Below the pieces are notes generated by a model. The model saw only the letters and a list, made by a program, of their open reading frames with translations. It ran no database searches and had not been told where the DNA came from. Source: a virus (Duplodnaviria > Caudoviricetes). From it: DNA of 45,853 bases. Of the stretch, positions 17,000 to 26,099 are shown in pieces; within the stretch, counting starts at the first letter, position 1, and the number at the start of each line of letters is the position of its first letter. Made by a program: the position numbers and the translations under genes. The DNA lies in IMG/VR virus record IMGVR_UViG_3300005512_000068, positions 1-45,853 of that record; one strand, written 5' to 3'.

Positions 17000-19900
17000 A
17001 TGCCACAGAATTTAGGAGCTAATCACCCTCTACAAACTCCGTCTACTACTACTACATTGTCCAGTTCAGCTGGACCTGTAAATATTTCATTTTCGTTTAT
17101 CAACGATGCGGATGTTCTTGTATTTCTTGGCGGGACTCTGCGGACAAACGGAACTGGATCTGATAACTATACAATTAACACAGCCAAGACACAGGTTACT
17201 TTTAACAACACCGTAAGTGGTGAAGTAATCATTACTCGTAAGAGTGACCTTTTAAATAAAGTCCGTACGTTTACGGCTGGTTCTTCTGTACGTGCTGCTG
17301 ACCTGAACACCCAGTTTGATCAGGTTATGCAGCTGATTCAAGACAACTATGAGTTGCTGCGTAGCGTAGTGCTGAATGATGCCAATGACGAAATTACTGT
17401 TGGCCGCGACAGCATCATTGCTAACGACAAAGTACGGACTGAATCAATCCAAGATAATGCTGTAACTCTGTCGAAGATTGCAGCAGGCAATGCCAACCAA
17501 GTCCTTATCACTAGCAGCGGTGAGCCTACATGGTCTAACGATGTAGATGTTCAAGGCACGCTAGATGTAACTGGTACTACTACTCTTGATGGTGCACTCA
17601 ATGTTGCAGGTAATGCTGATCTTAACGGTACCCTTGACGTTGACGGCAATACTGAGCTTGACGATGTAAATGTTTCTGGAACTTTAGATGTTGCAGGCAA
17701 TTCAACCTTTGATGGTGATGTTGATCTGGGTAACTCTGCTGCTGATACTATTACCATTACTGGTGAAGTAGATAGCAACATTGTTCCTAGCACTGATGGT
17801 TCTCGTGACCTTGGTTCAAGCACTAAGCGCTGGAATGAAGTCCATGCTGACAACATTCAGGCAACAACGCTGAGTGATGGTGCTCGTATTACAGCTTCCG
17901 AGCAAGTAGCTCATACTCCGAACGACACTACCTACTACACAACTTCTGCTGCTGACCAACGGTTCTGGCGCCAAGATGCTGCAGGTAATGAGATTATTCA
18001 AACCTCTGCAACCTGGACTGCTGACGACTCTCGCGTCGCTACCACTGGTGCTATTGATGCGCGTATTGTCAACCTTGTAACTGAGGTTGGTGGTTTCGTT
18101 CCTATTGCTAATGAAACCAGCTTCCCAGCTACTAACCCAGACATCAACGATGGTGCAGGCACGATTGTCAGCATTGGTGCACTTGCAAGTGACCTGACCT
18201 TTAATGGTAGTGGTCAAGCAACTATCACCAATGGTGCAGGTACCGGCAATAACGTAACCATTACTGGTGGTCCTGCTAGTACAACCATTGCATCTAACAG
18301 TGGTGCATTGGTAGAAACTTCAGCTGTTCTCCATACCTATACATGGCACCGTACAACTCCTGATGGAGTTAATGTCAATACGGTTGCAAACAGCATTGCA
18401 AACGTCAATACTGTTGCGGGTAGTATCGCCAATGTCAACACAGTTGTTGGCGACATTGCCAACATCAATACGGTTGCAGGCGATATTGCGAACGTAAACA
18501 CAGTTGCTGGCATTAGTGCCAACGTAACTACTGTTGCGGGTATCTCCGCAGATGTAACCACGGTTGCGGGTATCTCAGCAGATGTAACTACTGTTGCTGG
18601 TGTTAGTACTGAAGTGGGTCGTCTTGGTACAGCAGATGCTGTAGCCGATATGAATACGTTGGCAACAACAGCTATCGTCAGCGATATGGATACGTTGGCA
18701 GATATTTCAGCCAACATCACTACAGTTGCAGGTATTTCTGCAAATGTGACTACTGTTGCTAATAACGATGCAAACATCACGACAGTCGCTAATGACCTAA
18801 ATGAAGCCACTAGCGAGATTGATACAGTTGCTACTAACATCACCAACGTAAATAATGTTGGCAATAACATTGCTAACGTCAACACTGTTGCCGGTAATAT
18901 GGCAGGTGTTAACGACTTTGCTGCTCGCTATCGTGCACCGCAAACGACAAGTAATGAATACGACACTGATAATGATACTGGTGACCTTTATTTCAACACC
19001 TCATCTAATGAGCTGAGAGTTTGGAACGGTTCTTCTTGGCAAGCAGGTGTTACATCTGCAACTGGTTTTGCCAGTCTTAGTGGTGATACTTTTACTGGTC
19101 CTATTCTACTCGATAACAACGACGATGTAGGCACTCCTGATCTTTCTTTTGATGGAGATGCTAATACTGGTATTTATTCAGACGCTGCAGACCACATCAG
19201 CTTTTCTGCTGGTGGCACTAAGGTATTTGAAATTGGTGCCAATGGTGTTGAGGTCGGTGCTTGGAATGGCACGACTATTGCAGAAGGCGCTGGTGGTACT
19301 GGTGAAACAACCTATACAGATGGTCAGCTCCTGATTGGTAATAGCAGTGGTAATGGTCTTACTAAAGCCACTCTTACTGGAACTGCACCTGTAACGATTA
19401 CTAATGGCAATGGTTCTATTGCTATTGATGTAAGCAATGCTTCGACATCTGCTGACGGCCTTATGTCGTCTGGAGATAAGACAAAGTTAGATGGTATTGC
19501 TACAGGTGCTGAGGTTAACGTAGCAACCAATCTTAGTGTCTCTACTACTGCAACTACTAATGTAATTGCAAGTTCTACTGGTACTAACACGACTATTGGA
19601 GAAGCTACTAGCTCAGCAGCTGGTCTGATGAGCACTACCCATCACGACAAACTTGACGGTATTGCAACTGGTGCTGAAGTAAACGTAGCAACTAACCTTG
19701 GCCAAACAACCGGTGCAAGCTCACTAACTATTACCTCTAGTACTGGTAACAACGTAACTGTTGCTGAAGCTACTAGCACTATTGCTGGCTTAATGTCAAC
19801 TACACATCATGACAAGCTTGATGGGATTGAAACCGGTGCTGATGTAACTGACGCTACTAATGTTAACGCTGCTGGCGCTGTGATGAACAGTGACACTAGC

Positions 19901-20200
19901 ACTGCATCTATGAGCTTTGTTGTTGATGAAGATGCTATGGGTAGCAACAGTGCTACTAAAGTTCCAACTCAACAATCAGTCAAAGCATATGTAGACAATC
20001 AAGTTGCAGCTGCGGGTGCATCAGGTGGTGGCTCTGATCAAATTTTCTATGAAAACGACCAAGCTGTCACCTCTAACTACACCATTGACTCTAATAAAAA
20101 CGCCGTGACAGCAGGTAATATTACTATCAATAGCGGTGTGTCAGTAACTCTCGCAAACACTGGTTCTGGCGGCAATGGTGCTCGCTGGGTCATTGTATAA
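17000..20200 (+). CDS. Tail fibre protein (T7 gp17-like N-terminal adaptor)
   Basis: N-terminal FSFINDADV..IITRKS..FTAGSSVRAADLNTQFDQ; internal repeats; C-terminal GGGSDQIFYENDQ...WVIV. Confidence 0.9.
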   Translation: MPQNLGANHPLQTPSTTTTLSSSAGPVNISFSFINDADVLVFLGGTLRTNGTGSDNYTINTAKTQVTFNNTVSGEVIITRKSDLLNKVRTFTAGSSVRAADLNTQFDQVMQLIQDNYELLRSVVLNDANDEITVGRDSIIANDKVRTESIQDNAVTLSKIAAGNANQVLITSSGEPTWSNDVDVQGTLDVTGTTTLDGALNVAGNADLNGTLDVDGNTELDDVNVSGTLDVAGNSTFDGDVDLGNSAADTITITGEVDSNIVPSTDGSRDLGSSTKRWNEVHADNIQATTLSDGARITASEQVAHTPNDTTYYTTSAADQRFWRQDAAGNEIIQTSATWTADDSRVATTGAIDARIVNLVTEVGGFVPIANETSFPATNPDINDGAGTIVSIGALASDLTFNGSGQATITNGAGTGNNVTITGGPASTTIASNSGALVETSAVLHTYTWHRTTPDGVNVNTVANSIANVNTVAGSIANVNTVVGDIANINTVAGDIANVNTVAGISANVTTVAGISADVTTVAGISADVTTVAGVSTEVGRLGTADAVADMNTLATTAIVSDMDTLADISANITTVAGISANVTTVANNDANITTVANDLNEATSEIDTVATNITNVNNVGNNIANVNTVAGNMAGVNDFAARYRAPQTTSNEYDTDNDTGDLYFNTSSNELRVWNGSSWQAGVTSATGFASLSGDTFTGPILLDNNDDVGTPDLSFDGDANTGIYSDAADHISFSAGGTKVFEIGANGVEVGAWNGTTIAEGAGGTGETTYTDGQLLIGNSSGNGLTKATLTGTAPVTITNGNGSIAIDVSNASTSADGLMSSGDKTKLDGIATGAEVNVATNLSVSTTATTNVIASSTGTNTTIGEATSSAAGLMSTTHHDKLDGIATGAEVNVATNLGQTTGASSLTITSSTGNNVTVAEATSTIAGLMSTTHHDKLDGIETGADVTDATNVNAAGAVMNSDTSTASMSFVVDEDAMGSNSATKVPTQQSVKAYVDNQVAAAGASGGGSDQIFYENDQAVTSNYTIDSNKNAVTAGNITINSGVSVTLANTGSGGNGARWVIV
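18370..18900 (+). repeat. Degenerate 30-nt (10-aa) tandem repeats in the tail fibre
   Basis: NVNTVAGSIA / NVTTVAGISA / DVTTVAGISA units. Confidence 0.85.
19438..19850 (+). repeat. About 2.5 copies of a 165-nt (55-aa) repeat in the tail fibre
   Basis: GLMS..KLDGI(A/E)TGA recurs; DGIATG codons at 19490 and 19655. Confidence 0.85.
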
Positions 20201-20211
20201 CTTATTTTATT

Positions 20212-20832
20212 ATGGCAATTGAATTTAACGCAGGCACAGGCGCTAACACAGGTACCATTACAGGACTTGCTGTTGGTGGCCTGCCTTCAGGAATCATTGA
20301 TGCTGACACTGTTGCTGACAGCAGCATTGCAGCTGCAAAAACAGCATTCGGTGGTGGTACAAAACTTAAACACATTCATTGTATTACTAATAACACTAGA
20401 GCTTCCATAGCAACTGGTCAAGCAAATACTGGTTCTACTTGGCATACAATGTGGGACCTCACTTATGACAAGCAATTTGCTAATACAGAATTGGTTTGTT
20501 ATTTTATGATTAATGGATTTGGCTCTACCGTGTCTGGTGCTCATAGTCCAGCCGTTTATTTCGAGTCAGATAGCAACACATCATTAAACCAACGAATTAC
20601 TAATTGTATTAATTTTGCATATACTGGGCATAGTTATATGATTTGTAGCGCTGGAACAGCTCACTGTACGACTATTTTGCCTGCTGGAAATGTCTCTATT
20701 ATTTTGCAGCACAGTAATCCTGGTAGTGGTACAGCACGTCCTATCCAATATATTAATCCAAGTGGTAGTGACGACAATCGTTTAACAGGCGGCACAGAAT
20801 CAAGTGTTGTAATTATGGAGGTTGAACCATAA
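20212..20832 (+). CDS. Putative tail fibre tip / receptor-binding protein, paralogue 1
   Basis: GTITGLAVGGLP N-terminus, SDDNRL..IMEV C-terminus, shared with the next two ORFs. Confidence 0.7.
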   Translation: MAIEFNAGTGANTGTITGLAVGGLPSGIIDADTVADSSIAAAKTAFGGGTKLKHIHCITNNTRASIATGQANTGSTWHTMWDLTYDKQFANTELVCYFMINGFGSTVSGAHSPAVYFESDSNTSLNQRITNCINFAYTGHSYMICSAGTAHCTTILPAGNVSIILQHSNPGSGTARPIQYINPSGSDDNRLTGGTESSVVIMEVEP

Positions 20833-21416
20833 TGGCACTTGTATTGAATGGAAACGGAACAATTACAGGTTTGGCTGTAGGTGGTGTTCCAGATGGAAGT
20901 ATTACCTCTGCCAATATTGCAGCCAATACTCTAACTGATGGTAAATTTGCAGTTAGTCCTAACCGAAATAACATTGTAAAAGTACAACATTTTACTGATA
21001 ACACCAGAACCAGTCTAAGTCTTAATTCAGGTAATGTAACTTTGTGGTCTTTTACTTACAGTAAAGTGACAGCCTCAAATGACATTATTATAATGTTCAA
21101 CTTACCTTTTGCGAGTTCGGGTGGTTCGGGTGCTATTCGGACTTACGGCAGATGTACACAAGGCAGTAACACAGATAATCATTATGGAACTTGGGTCTAT
21201 GCATATGCTAGCAATTGTTGTCCTACCACTGGTATAGCTCATTTTACTGGAAGTTTTGGAACAGGAAACCATACAATTAGTATTGGTTGGGACAACGGCG
21301 GATATTCTTCTGGCAGACCAGCGGTAACATATTGCCCACAACAATCATCAGGTGATGACGGTCGTATTGGTAATACCGTGGCAACTTGTACAGTTATTGA
21401 ATACACACCTGCATAA
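20832..21416 (+). CDS. Putative tail fibre tip / receptor-binding protein, paralogue 2
   Basis: GTITGLAVGGVP N-terminus, GDDGRI..VIEY C-terminus. Confidence 0.7.
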   Translation: MALVLNGNGTITGLAVGGVPDGSITSANIAANTLTDGKFAVSPNRNNIVKVQHFTDNTRTSLSLNSGNVTLWSFTYSKVTASNDIIIMFNLPFASSGGSGAIRTYGRCTQGSNTDNHYGTWVYAYASNCCPTTGIAHFTGSFGTGNHTISIGWDNGGYSSGRPAVTYCPQQSSGDDGRIGNTVATCTVIEYTPA

Positions 21417-21418
21417 TT

Positions 21419-22033
21419 ATGGCTATTACTATTAATCAAGCCGACAATACTATTTCAGGTATTTCAGTCGGTGGTTTACCGGATGGCTGCATTGACAGTG
21501 ATTGTTTTGCAGATGGAACCATCCAAGAAAGCGATTGTGTAAGTGGGACTGTTTCAGGCTCTATTTGTAACGCAGAAGTTATTTACAACACTACAAGAAC
21601 TGTATTTAGTTTTAGCGGCGGCACGATGTCGCCTGCTGCTTATTTAGATGTTACTTACACTAAACTACGTGCAGACACAGATCTAGCTATTTTTTGTACA
21701 TTAATTACCCATGGTGGTGGTGGTTCTGGTGCCAATGGCATGGAATTAACTTTAACCAAAGGCAGCTCCTCGCATACTACTCCTAGTGCTTCTGGAGCAA
21801 TTACCATTGGCAATGGTTATCACACTTCAATTAATACTAGCACGTGTGGTTGGGTTGTTGATTCGTCTAATTGTAATGAAGCCGGTGATTGGCAAATTAC
21901 TGAACAAGTGCATCCTTTTAGTGATGTAGCTAACAACAACCCATTTACTATTTTAAATCCAACTAGCAGTGACGACTCTCGATTACATCAAACCAATAGC
22001 AGTATGCTGATCTTTGAATACTTACCAACATGA
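21419..22033 (+). CDS. Putative tail fibre tip / receptor-binding protein, paralogue 3
   Basis: NTISGISVGGLP N-terminus, SDDSRL..IFEY C-terminus. Confidence 0.7.
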   Translation: MAITINQADNTISGISVGGLPDGCIDSDCFADGTIQESDCVSGTVSGSICNAEVIYNTTRTVFSFSGGTMSPAAYLDVTYTKLRADTDLAIFCTLITHGGGGSGANGMELTLTKGSSSHTTPSASGAITIGNGYHTSINTSTCGWVVDSSNCNEAGDWQITEQVHPFSDVANNNPFTILNPTSSDDSRLHQTNSSMLIFEYLPT

Positions 22034-22341
22034 ATTATTTTCTTCAATCTCTTACCAATCTAACCGCTTCATCTAAAACTGGTTGGGTTGTACGTGGTGA
22101 GGATGCCTATGCCAATATTGATTGGTTAGGTAATTCACCTCTTTGCACCGAAGCAGCCCTAAATGCTGAAATTGAACGACTAAAAACTGCAGAACCTAAT
22201 CTTGAAAAGATAGCTCCACTTTTGCAAGATTTTGAAGCTGAAGCCCGTCCTATTTGGGCCAAATGGCAACTCGGTTTGGCTACCGAATCTGACTACACTG
22301 CAAAAGTAGCAGAAGTAAAAGCCCGTTACATCTCTGAGTAA
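22030..22341 (+). CDS. Hypothetical protein, possible fibre assembly chaperone
   Basis: 103-aa ORF coupled (ATGA) to the third paralogue; function inferred from position only. Confidence 0.6.
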   Translation: MNYFLQSLTNLTASSKTGWVVRGEDAYANIDWLGNSPLCTEAALNAEIERLKTAEPNLEKIAPLLQDFEAEARPIWAKWQLGLATESDYTAKVAEVKARYISE

Positions 22342-22346
22342 TCACT

Positions 22347-22514
22347 ATGATCACCCTTATCCGTCCAATCCTGTTCAGCTTTCTGAACTCTGACAAAGTT
22401 AAACTTCTTATCGTTGACATGCTGACCAAACTGGTGGAGTCCACTGATAATGAAGTCGATGACAAAGCCGTTGAGTTTATCCGCAACGGTTTGTTCCCTG
22501 CTTCTAAACTTTAA
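22347..22514 (+). CDS. Small hypothetical protein (55 aa; not in ORF track)
   Basis: MITLIRPILFSFLNSDKVKLLIVDMLTKLVESTDNEVDDKAVEFIRNGLFPASKL; fills the gap exactly, TAATG coupling. Confidence 0.8.
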   Translation: MITLIRPILFSFLNSDKVKLLIVDMLTKLVESTDNEVDDKAVEFIRNGLFPASKL

Positions 22515-22984
22515 TGCCTGGATTGGGAGAACCACCGGTTTTCCCTTCCTTAGTCCTTCCAGACGCACCCAGCTTTCCTACACCAATACTGAGTCTTCCT
22601 TCTGCTGAGATACCGAACTACAAACCTATTGTGGTTCCTCCAGCAGATCTAAGACCACCTCCTGGCATTAAGGGAAAGCCACTAGAAGGGAAACAACCAA
22701 ATAAAAAACCTAATACCTCACAACCTAATACACCCAAAGCACCAGAGGTTGGCTACGTAACTGTACCTTTTATCAATAAAGAAGTACCAGTTCCTAGTCA
22801 AGCAATACTGGTCACTGCCGTAAGTACAGCAACTGTGTCTGTTGCGGCCACCCTTACAGCTACTGCAGTTTTTAAACACATTGTTTCGCTAGCAAAACCC
22901 ATCATTAAAACTGCATGGACAAAGATAACAAAAAAGAAGGATTCATCAAATTCCTCGTCCTCGTCTGGTCAGCCGGACTCTTAA
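22514..22984 (+). CDS. Proline-rich membrane-anchored protein
   Basis: Pro-rich N-terminus, hydrophobic ILVTAVSTATVSVAATLTATAVF segment, basic tail. Confidence 0.75.
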   Translation: MPGLGEPPVFPSLVLPDAPSFPTPILSLPSAEIPNYKPIVVPPADLRPPPGIKGKPLEGKQPNKKPNTSQPNTPKAPEVGYVTVPFINKEVPVPSQAILVTAVSTATVSVAATLTATAVFKHIVSLAKPIIKTAWTKITKKKDSSNSSSSSGQPDS

Positions 22985-23091
22985 CCGCATCGTATGCGGG
23001 ATGGATGGAGAAGATGGATCCAACATATGTTGCTTCTATTCTTAGCGGCACATTGGCAACGTTCTCTATCACCCGTGAAAAGAAAGAATGA
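22915..23091 (+). CDS. Small two-TM membrane protein, holin candidate (58 aa; not in ORF track)
   Basis: MDKDNKKEGFIKFLVLVWSAGLLTASYAGWMEKMDPTYVASILSGTLATFSITREKKE; charged ends; ATGA coupling. Confidence 0.7.
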   Translation: MDKDNKKEGFIKFLVLVWSAGLLTASYAGWMEKMDPTYVASILSGTLATFSITREKKE

Positions 23092-23441
23092 AACATCTAC
23101 TAGCACTTCTAGTTTTTACGCCAGCAGTAGCTCTTGGTCAGACTGTTACGCCTAACTTCACTCAAGGCAGTATGCAGGCCACTACAACTACTACAACCAC
23201 CATCGACCGAGTTATTGAAACTGAGGTGATGGGCGGAGCTTATTCCTCATGGTCTGGCACAAACGTAACACCAAGTGGAGATATCACAAATACATCGACT
23301 ACCTTCTCAGTGCATACCGCAGGCGATCCCTTTCAACTGGAGATCACAACTCGGACTGCTGGTGTAGTCGAAGACATAACAATCACCGAAGACATCGACA
23401 TCACCTCCACTACTACATCCTTGTCGGTCTTCTCTCAATAG
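23088..23441 (+). CDS. Secreted Thr-rich hypothetical protein
   Basis: Signal peptide MKHLLALLVFTPAVALG; PNFTQGSM and SLSVFSQ motifs. Confidence 0.75.
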   Translation: MKHLLALLVFTPAVALGQTVTPNFTQGSMQATTTTTTTIDRVIETEVMGGAYSSWSGTNVTPSGDITNTSTTFSVHTAGDPFQLEITTRTAGVVEDITITEDIDITSTTTSLSVFSQ

Positions 23442-23923
23442 CTCCAGCATACGCTGAGGAGCCAAGAGTACAAAACACATCAAATCCTGTGGCTGCGGCT
23501 ACGGGTAATGTCACTAATCAAGCCGTACAGTTTCAAAATAATGGTGCTCCTTCTAGGCAGTATTTTCATGGTAGTAATTCTTGTAATGGTCCTACGATGA
23601 CTCTTAGCCCATTCATGATGGGTAATGAAGTAAGACCAGTAGATCCTGAAGGATATGTCAAGAATGCAAACTGGGGCGCACAAGTCAACTTCATGATTCC
23701 GCTAGATAGCGGGATGATCGAGCTGTGTAAGCAGATTGCTCGCCGGCATGAACAGAAGATGCGGCTTGACTACGAGTTAATACGGGCTACCAAATGCGCG
23801 GAGATCATGCAGAAGGGTTTTACCTTCCGTCCTGGTACACGTGTTGCACATATGTGTAGTGATCTGGTGCCCATAGTCTCACTAACAAATGAAAAAGAAA
23901 GCAACGGAGAACATGTTCAATGA
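23249..23923 (+). CDS. Cys-containing hypothetical envelope protein; start uncertain
   Basis: Internal signal-like YYILVGLLSIAPAYA, then NPVAAATGNVTNQAVQ and four Cys; overlaps the preceding gene. Confidence 0.7.
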   Translation: MVWHKRNTKWRYHKYIDYLLSAYRRRSLSTGDHNSDCWCSRRHNNHRRHRHHLHYYILVGLLSIAPAYAEEPRVQNTSNPVAAATGNVTNQAVQFQNNGAPSRQYFHGSNSCNGPTMTLSPFMMGNEVRPVDPEGYVKNANWGAQVNFMIPLDSGMIELCKQIARRHEQKMRLDYELIRATKCAEIMQKGFTFRPGTRVAHMCSDLVPIVSLTNEKESNGEHVQ

Positions 23924-24134
23924 TCTCCATAACCTTGTAACTAAAGAGTTCCTTGCACGCATCAAGTCGGGTGAGGCTACTACGCAAGACCTCAAGGCAG
24001 CCTGTGATTGGCTTAAAGCTAATGATATTTCAGGTGTCGCCTTTGAAGGCAATCCACTCGACAAACTAGCCAATGTTATTCCAAAAGTAGACCCTGAGCT
24101 GGTCCAACGGAGGCTCTATGGCTCGAAACTATAA
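23889..24134 (+). CDS. terS: Terminase small subunit (T7 gp18-like)
   Basis: ATENMFNDLHNLVT..RIKSGEATTQDLKAACDWLKANDI pattern of T7-like DNA maturase A. Confidence 0.85.
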   Translation: MKKKATENMFNDLHNLVTKEFLARIKSGEATTQDLKAACDWLKANDISGVAFEGNPLDKLANVIPKVDPELVQRRLYGSKL

Positions 24135-24363
24135 GAAAGAGTATGCACAGCGCTCGGAATACCTAAAGGCATACCGCCGAGCACATAAAGATAAAGATGC
24201 AGCACGTCATAGAGCACGTCGAAAACTAAAACCTGCAGCAGGCATGGAAGTCGATCACATAGACGGCAACGCCATGAATAACAACCGTAGCAACTTACGG
24301 ATTGTTTCCCGCAAACAAAACAGGACTAAAGGTGCTGAAAAGACTAACTCAAAGCGTGCATGA
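24118..24363 (+). CDS. HNH endonuclease
   Basis: EVDHIDGNAMNNNRSNLRIVSRKQN. Confidence 0.85.
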   Translation: MARNYKKEYAQRSEYLKAYRRAHKDKDAARHRARRKLKPAAGMEVDHIDGNAMNNNRSNLRIVSRKQNRTKGAEKTNSKRA

Positions 24364-24686
24364 CTCCTCTTCTTCCAACTCCTGATTACTACTTACAAAA
24401 CCTAATAAGCATGACATCCTCTGAAGCAACTCGCCTTTGGAGGCGAGCCGTTAAAGAACAGTTCGATAGCACATGCGTTTATTGTGGAAAATCTTATGAC
24501 TTATCTCAGCTTACAATTGATCATGTTCGCCCTCGGTCTAGAGGTGGCGAAACAATTACAAGTAACTGCGTACCGGCCTGCCGGTGCTGTAATCAGGACA
24601 AAGGAAGTGAAGACTGGCTCCAGTGGATGAGAGCCAGATTTGGAATAACAGAACGAGAAAACCTTATTACTCAACACATTAACTAA
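24360..24686 (+). CDS. HNH endonuclease (Zn-finger type)
   Basis: CVYCG..LTIDHVRPRSRGG..NCVPACRCCNQDKG. Confidence 0.9.
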   Translation: MTPLLPTPDYYLQNLISMTSSEATRLWRRAVKEQFDSTCVYCGKSYDLSQLTIDHVRPRSRGGETITSNCVPACRCCNQDKGSEDWLQWMRARFGITERENLITQHIN

Positions 24687-25207
24687 TGGCTAAGCGCAAA
24701 GGACTTATGGATGTTCTCTCCGACTATCGTCGCGAAGAGGCACAAAAACGGGAATACAAAGCAAAGAAAACTCCCGACTACTCGAAGAAAGCAGCTGGTA
24801 CTAAGTCCAGCACCAAGAAAGCTTTCTCTGGTAAAGCACTGGGTGGTAGTGGTAAGAAAAAGAGCACTACTAACGTGGCATTTAGCAGTGGGTCTTTTAT
24901 GAAGACCAAGCCTGCTGCTACTAAACCGAAGACTGCAACTAAGGCATCTACTAGCAAGCCCAAGCCCAAGCCCACACCTTCGGCGAAAAGCAACAACGAC
25001 GGTACTTATGGAAAGCCGATGCCGTCTAACCCGGCTGTTGGTATCACCATGAAGCCACGTACGCGCCGTCCTGGTACTGGGCGCACTGGTCAGGCTGCTG
25101 CTCTTGCAGCTCGCCGCGATCAGAACAAACCCAAGAACGTACATAAGGAAACGATGACTGCTGCCGAACGTCGCGCAATGCGTCTTCGCTCACGTCGCGG
25201 TCGCTAA
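24686..25207 (+). CDS. Highly basic Lys/Arg-rich low-complexity protein
   Basis: 173 aa rich in K/R/T/S/P with few acidic residues; TAATG coupling; terminator follows. Confidence 0.7.
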   Translation: MAKRKGLMDVLSDYRREEAQKREYKAKKTPDYSKKAAGTKSSTKKAFSGKALGGSGKKKSTTNVAFSSGSFMKTKPAATKPKTATKASTSKPKPKPTPSAKSNNDGTYGKPMPSNPAVGITMKPRTRRPGTGRTGQAAALAARRDQNKPKNVHKETMTAAERRAMRLRSRRGR

Positions 25208-25236
25208 CTAATCCACTCCAGTACAGATAACTAATC

Positions 25237-25261
25237 GGCTCGCTTCGGCGGGCCTTTTTTT
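25237..25261 (+). terminator. Intrinsic terminator
   Basis: GGCTCGC-TTCG-GCGGGCC followed by T7. Confidence 0.9.
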
Positions 25262-25262
25262 A

Positions 25263-26057
25263 ATGGCTAAAAAGAAACAAGCCGATGGGAACGGCTTATA
25301 TGACCCACGGGATCTTGGCGTCGAATTAACAGTAGAGAATGCTCCGAAATCTCCCGTAGAAGCCAAGAAACAAAAACTGAATGTTTACTACGACGTTCAG
25401 AAGCAAGCCTTTGTCAAGATGCGGTATAAGGATCGTGCTTCCGTAAAACACGGAATGAAGTACGAAGCCGGCTTGCTAAGTAATTATCAAAACATGCGCT
25501 CACGCAACAACAGACAGCGGCGAGCAACTGTAAAAGGTAAGACCATCTCTGTACAGGAAAGGTACGACTGGTACCGGCGTAATCTCTACGAAAATCCCTG
25601 GCAGCGTGCACTACAAGATCATGCTGATGACGCACGCATCAGAGACGAGAAAGCAGCTGATTACCGTCGCAGAGGTGTGGCTTACGAACATCTCAGCCCT
25701 ATCGCTGGTGATGAAGGAACGATGGGTGGGTTTGAACACCACCGCAACATCGAAGGTGCTGAGCCTTATTTAAACGGTAAGAAGTCAGACAAAGTAGCTT
25801 CTGCCTGGACTATGAGGCAAAACGGTGTACCTACTTCTCGTGCTTCTGCTATCCGAATGGATGCACATAAGGTACCTGTTCCTAAACACGATAGGTTTGC
25901 TTCTGTCTACAACGACATCGAGCAATTTGAGCGGCCTAAGTCTGCACTCAAAGATCAACTTAGGTTGAAAGCTAAATCTAAACTTGCACAGAACAGAGCT
26001 GCATCTGAAGCAGCAGAGAAGCTCAAGTTCGGAAAGTTTATGAGGAAGCTCGTATAG
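25263..26057 (+). CDS. Basic hypothetical protein with a degenerate HNH-like motif
   Basis: YEHLSPIAG..GGFEHHRNI......LNGKKSDK resembles H..P...GG.H...N.......N..K. Confidence 0.6.
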   Translation: MAKKKQADGNGLYDPRDLGVELTVENAPKSPVEAKKQKLNVYYDVQKQAFVKMRYKDRASVKHGMKYEAGLLSNYQNMRSRNNRQRRATVKGKTISVQERYDWYRRNLYENPWQRALQDHADDARIRDEKAADYRRRGVAYEHLSPIAGDEGTMGGFEHHRNIEGAEPYLNGKKSDKVASAWTMRQNGVPTSRASAIRMDAHKVPVPKHDRFASVYNDIEQFERPKSALKDQLRLKAKSKLAQNRAASEAAEKLKFGKFMRKLV

Positions 26058-26099
26058 GCCCTAGAAGGCCTCTCAAATACCTCTTAAATACATATCCCT

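Noticed and set aside
18370-18900. CRISPR array or DGR template/variable repeat
   Set aside because: Repeats are in-frame coding units with synonymous variation, have no spacers, and no reverse transcriptase or cas gene is present
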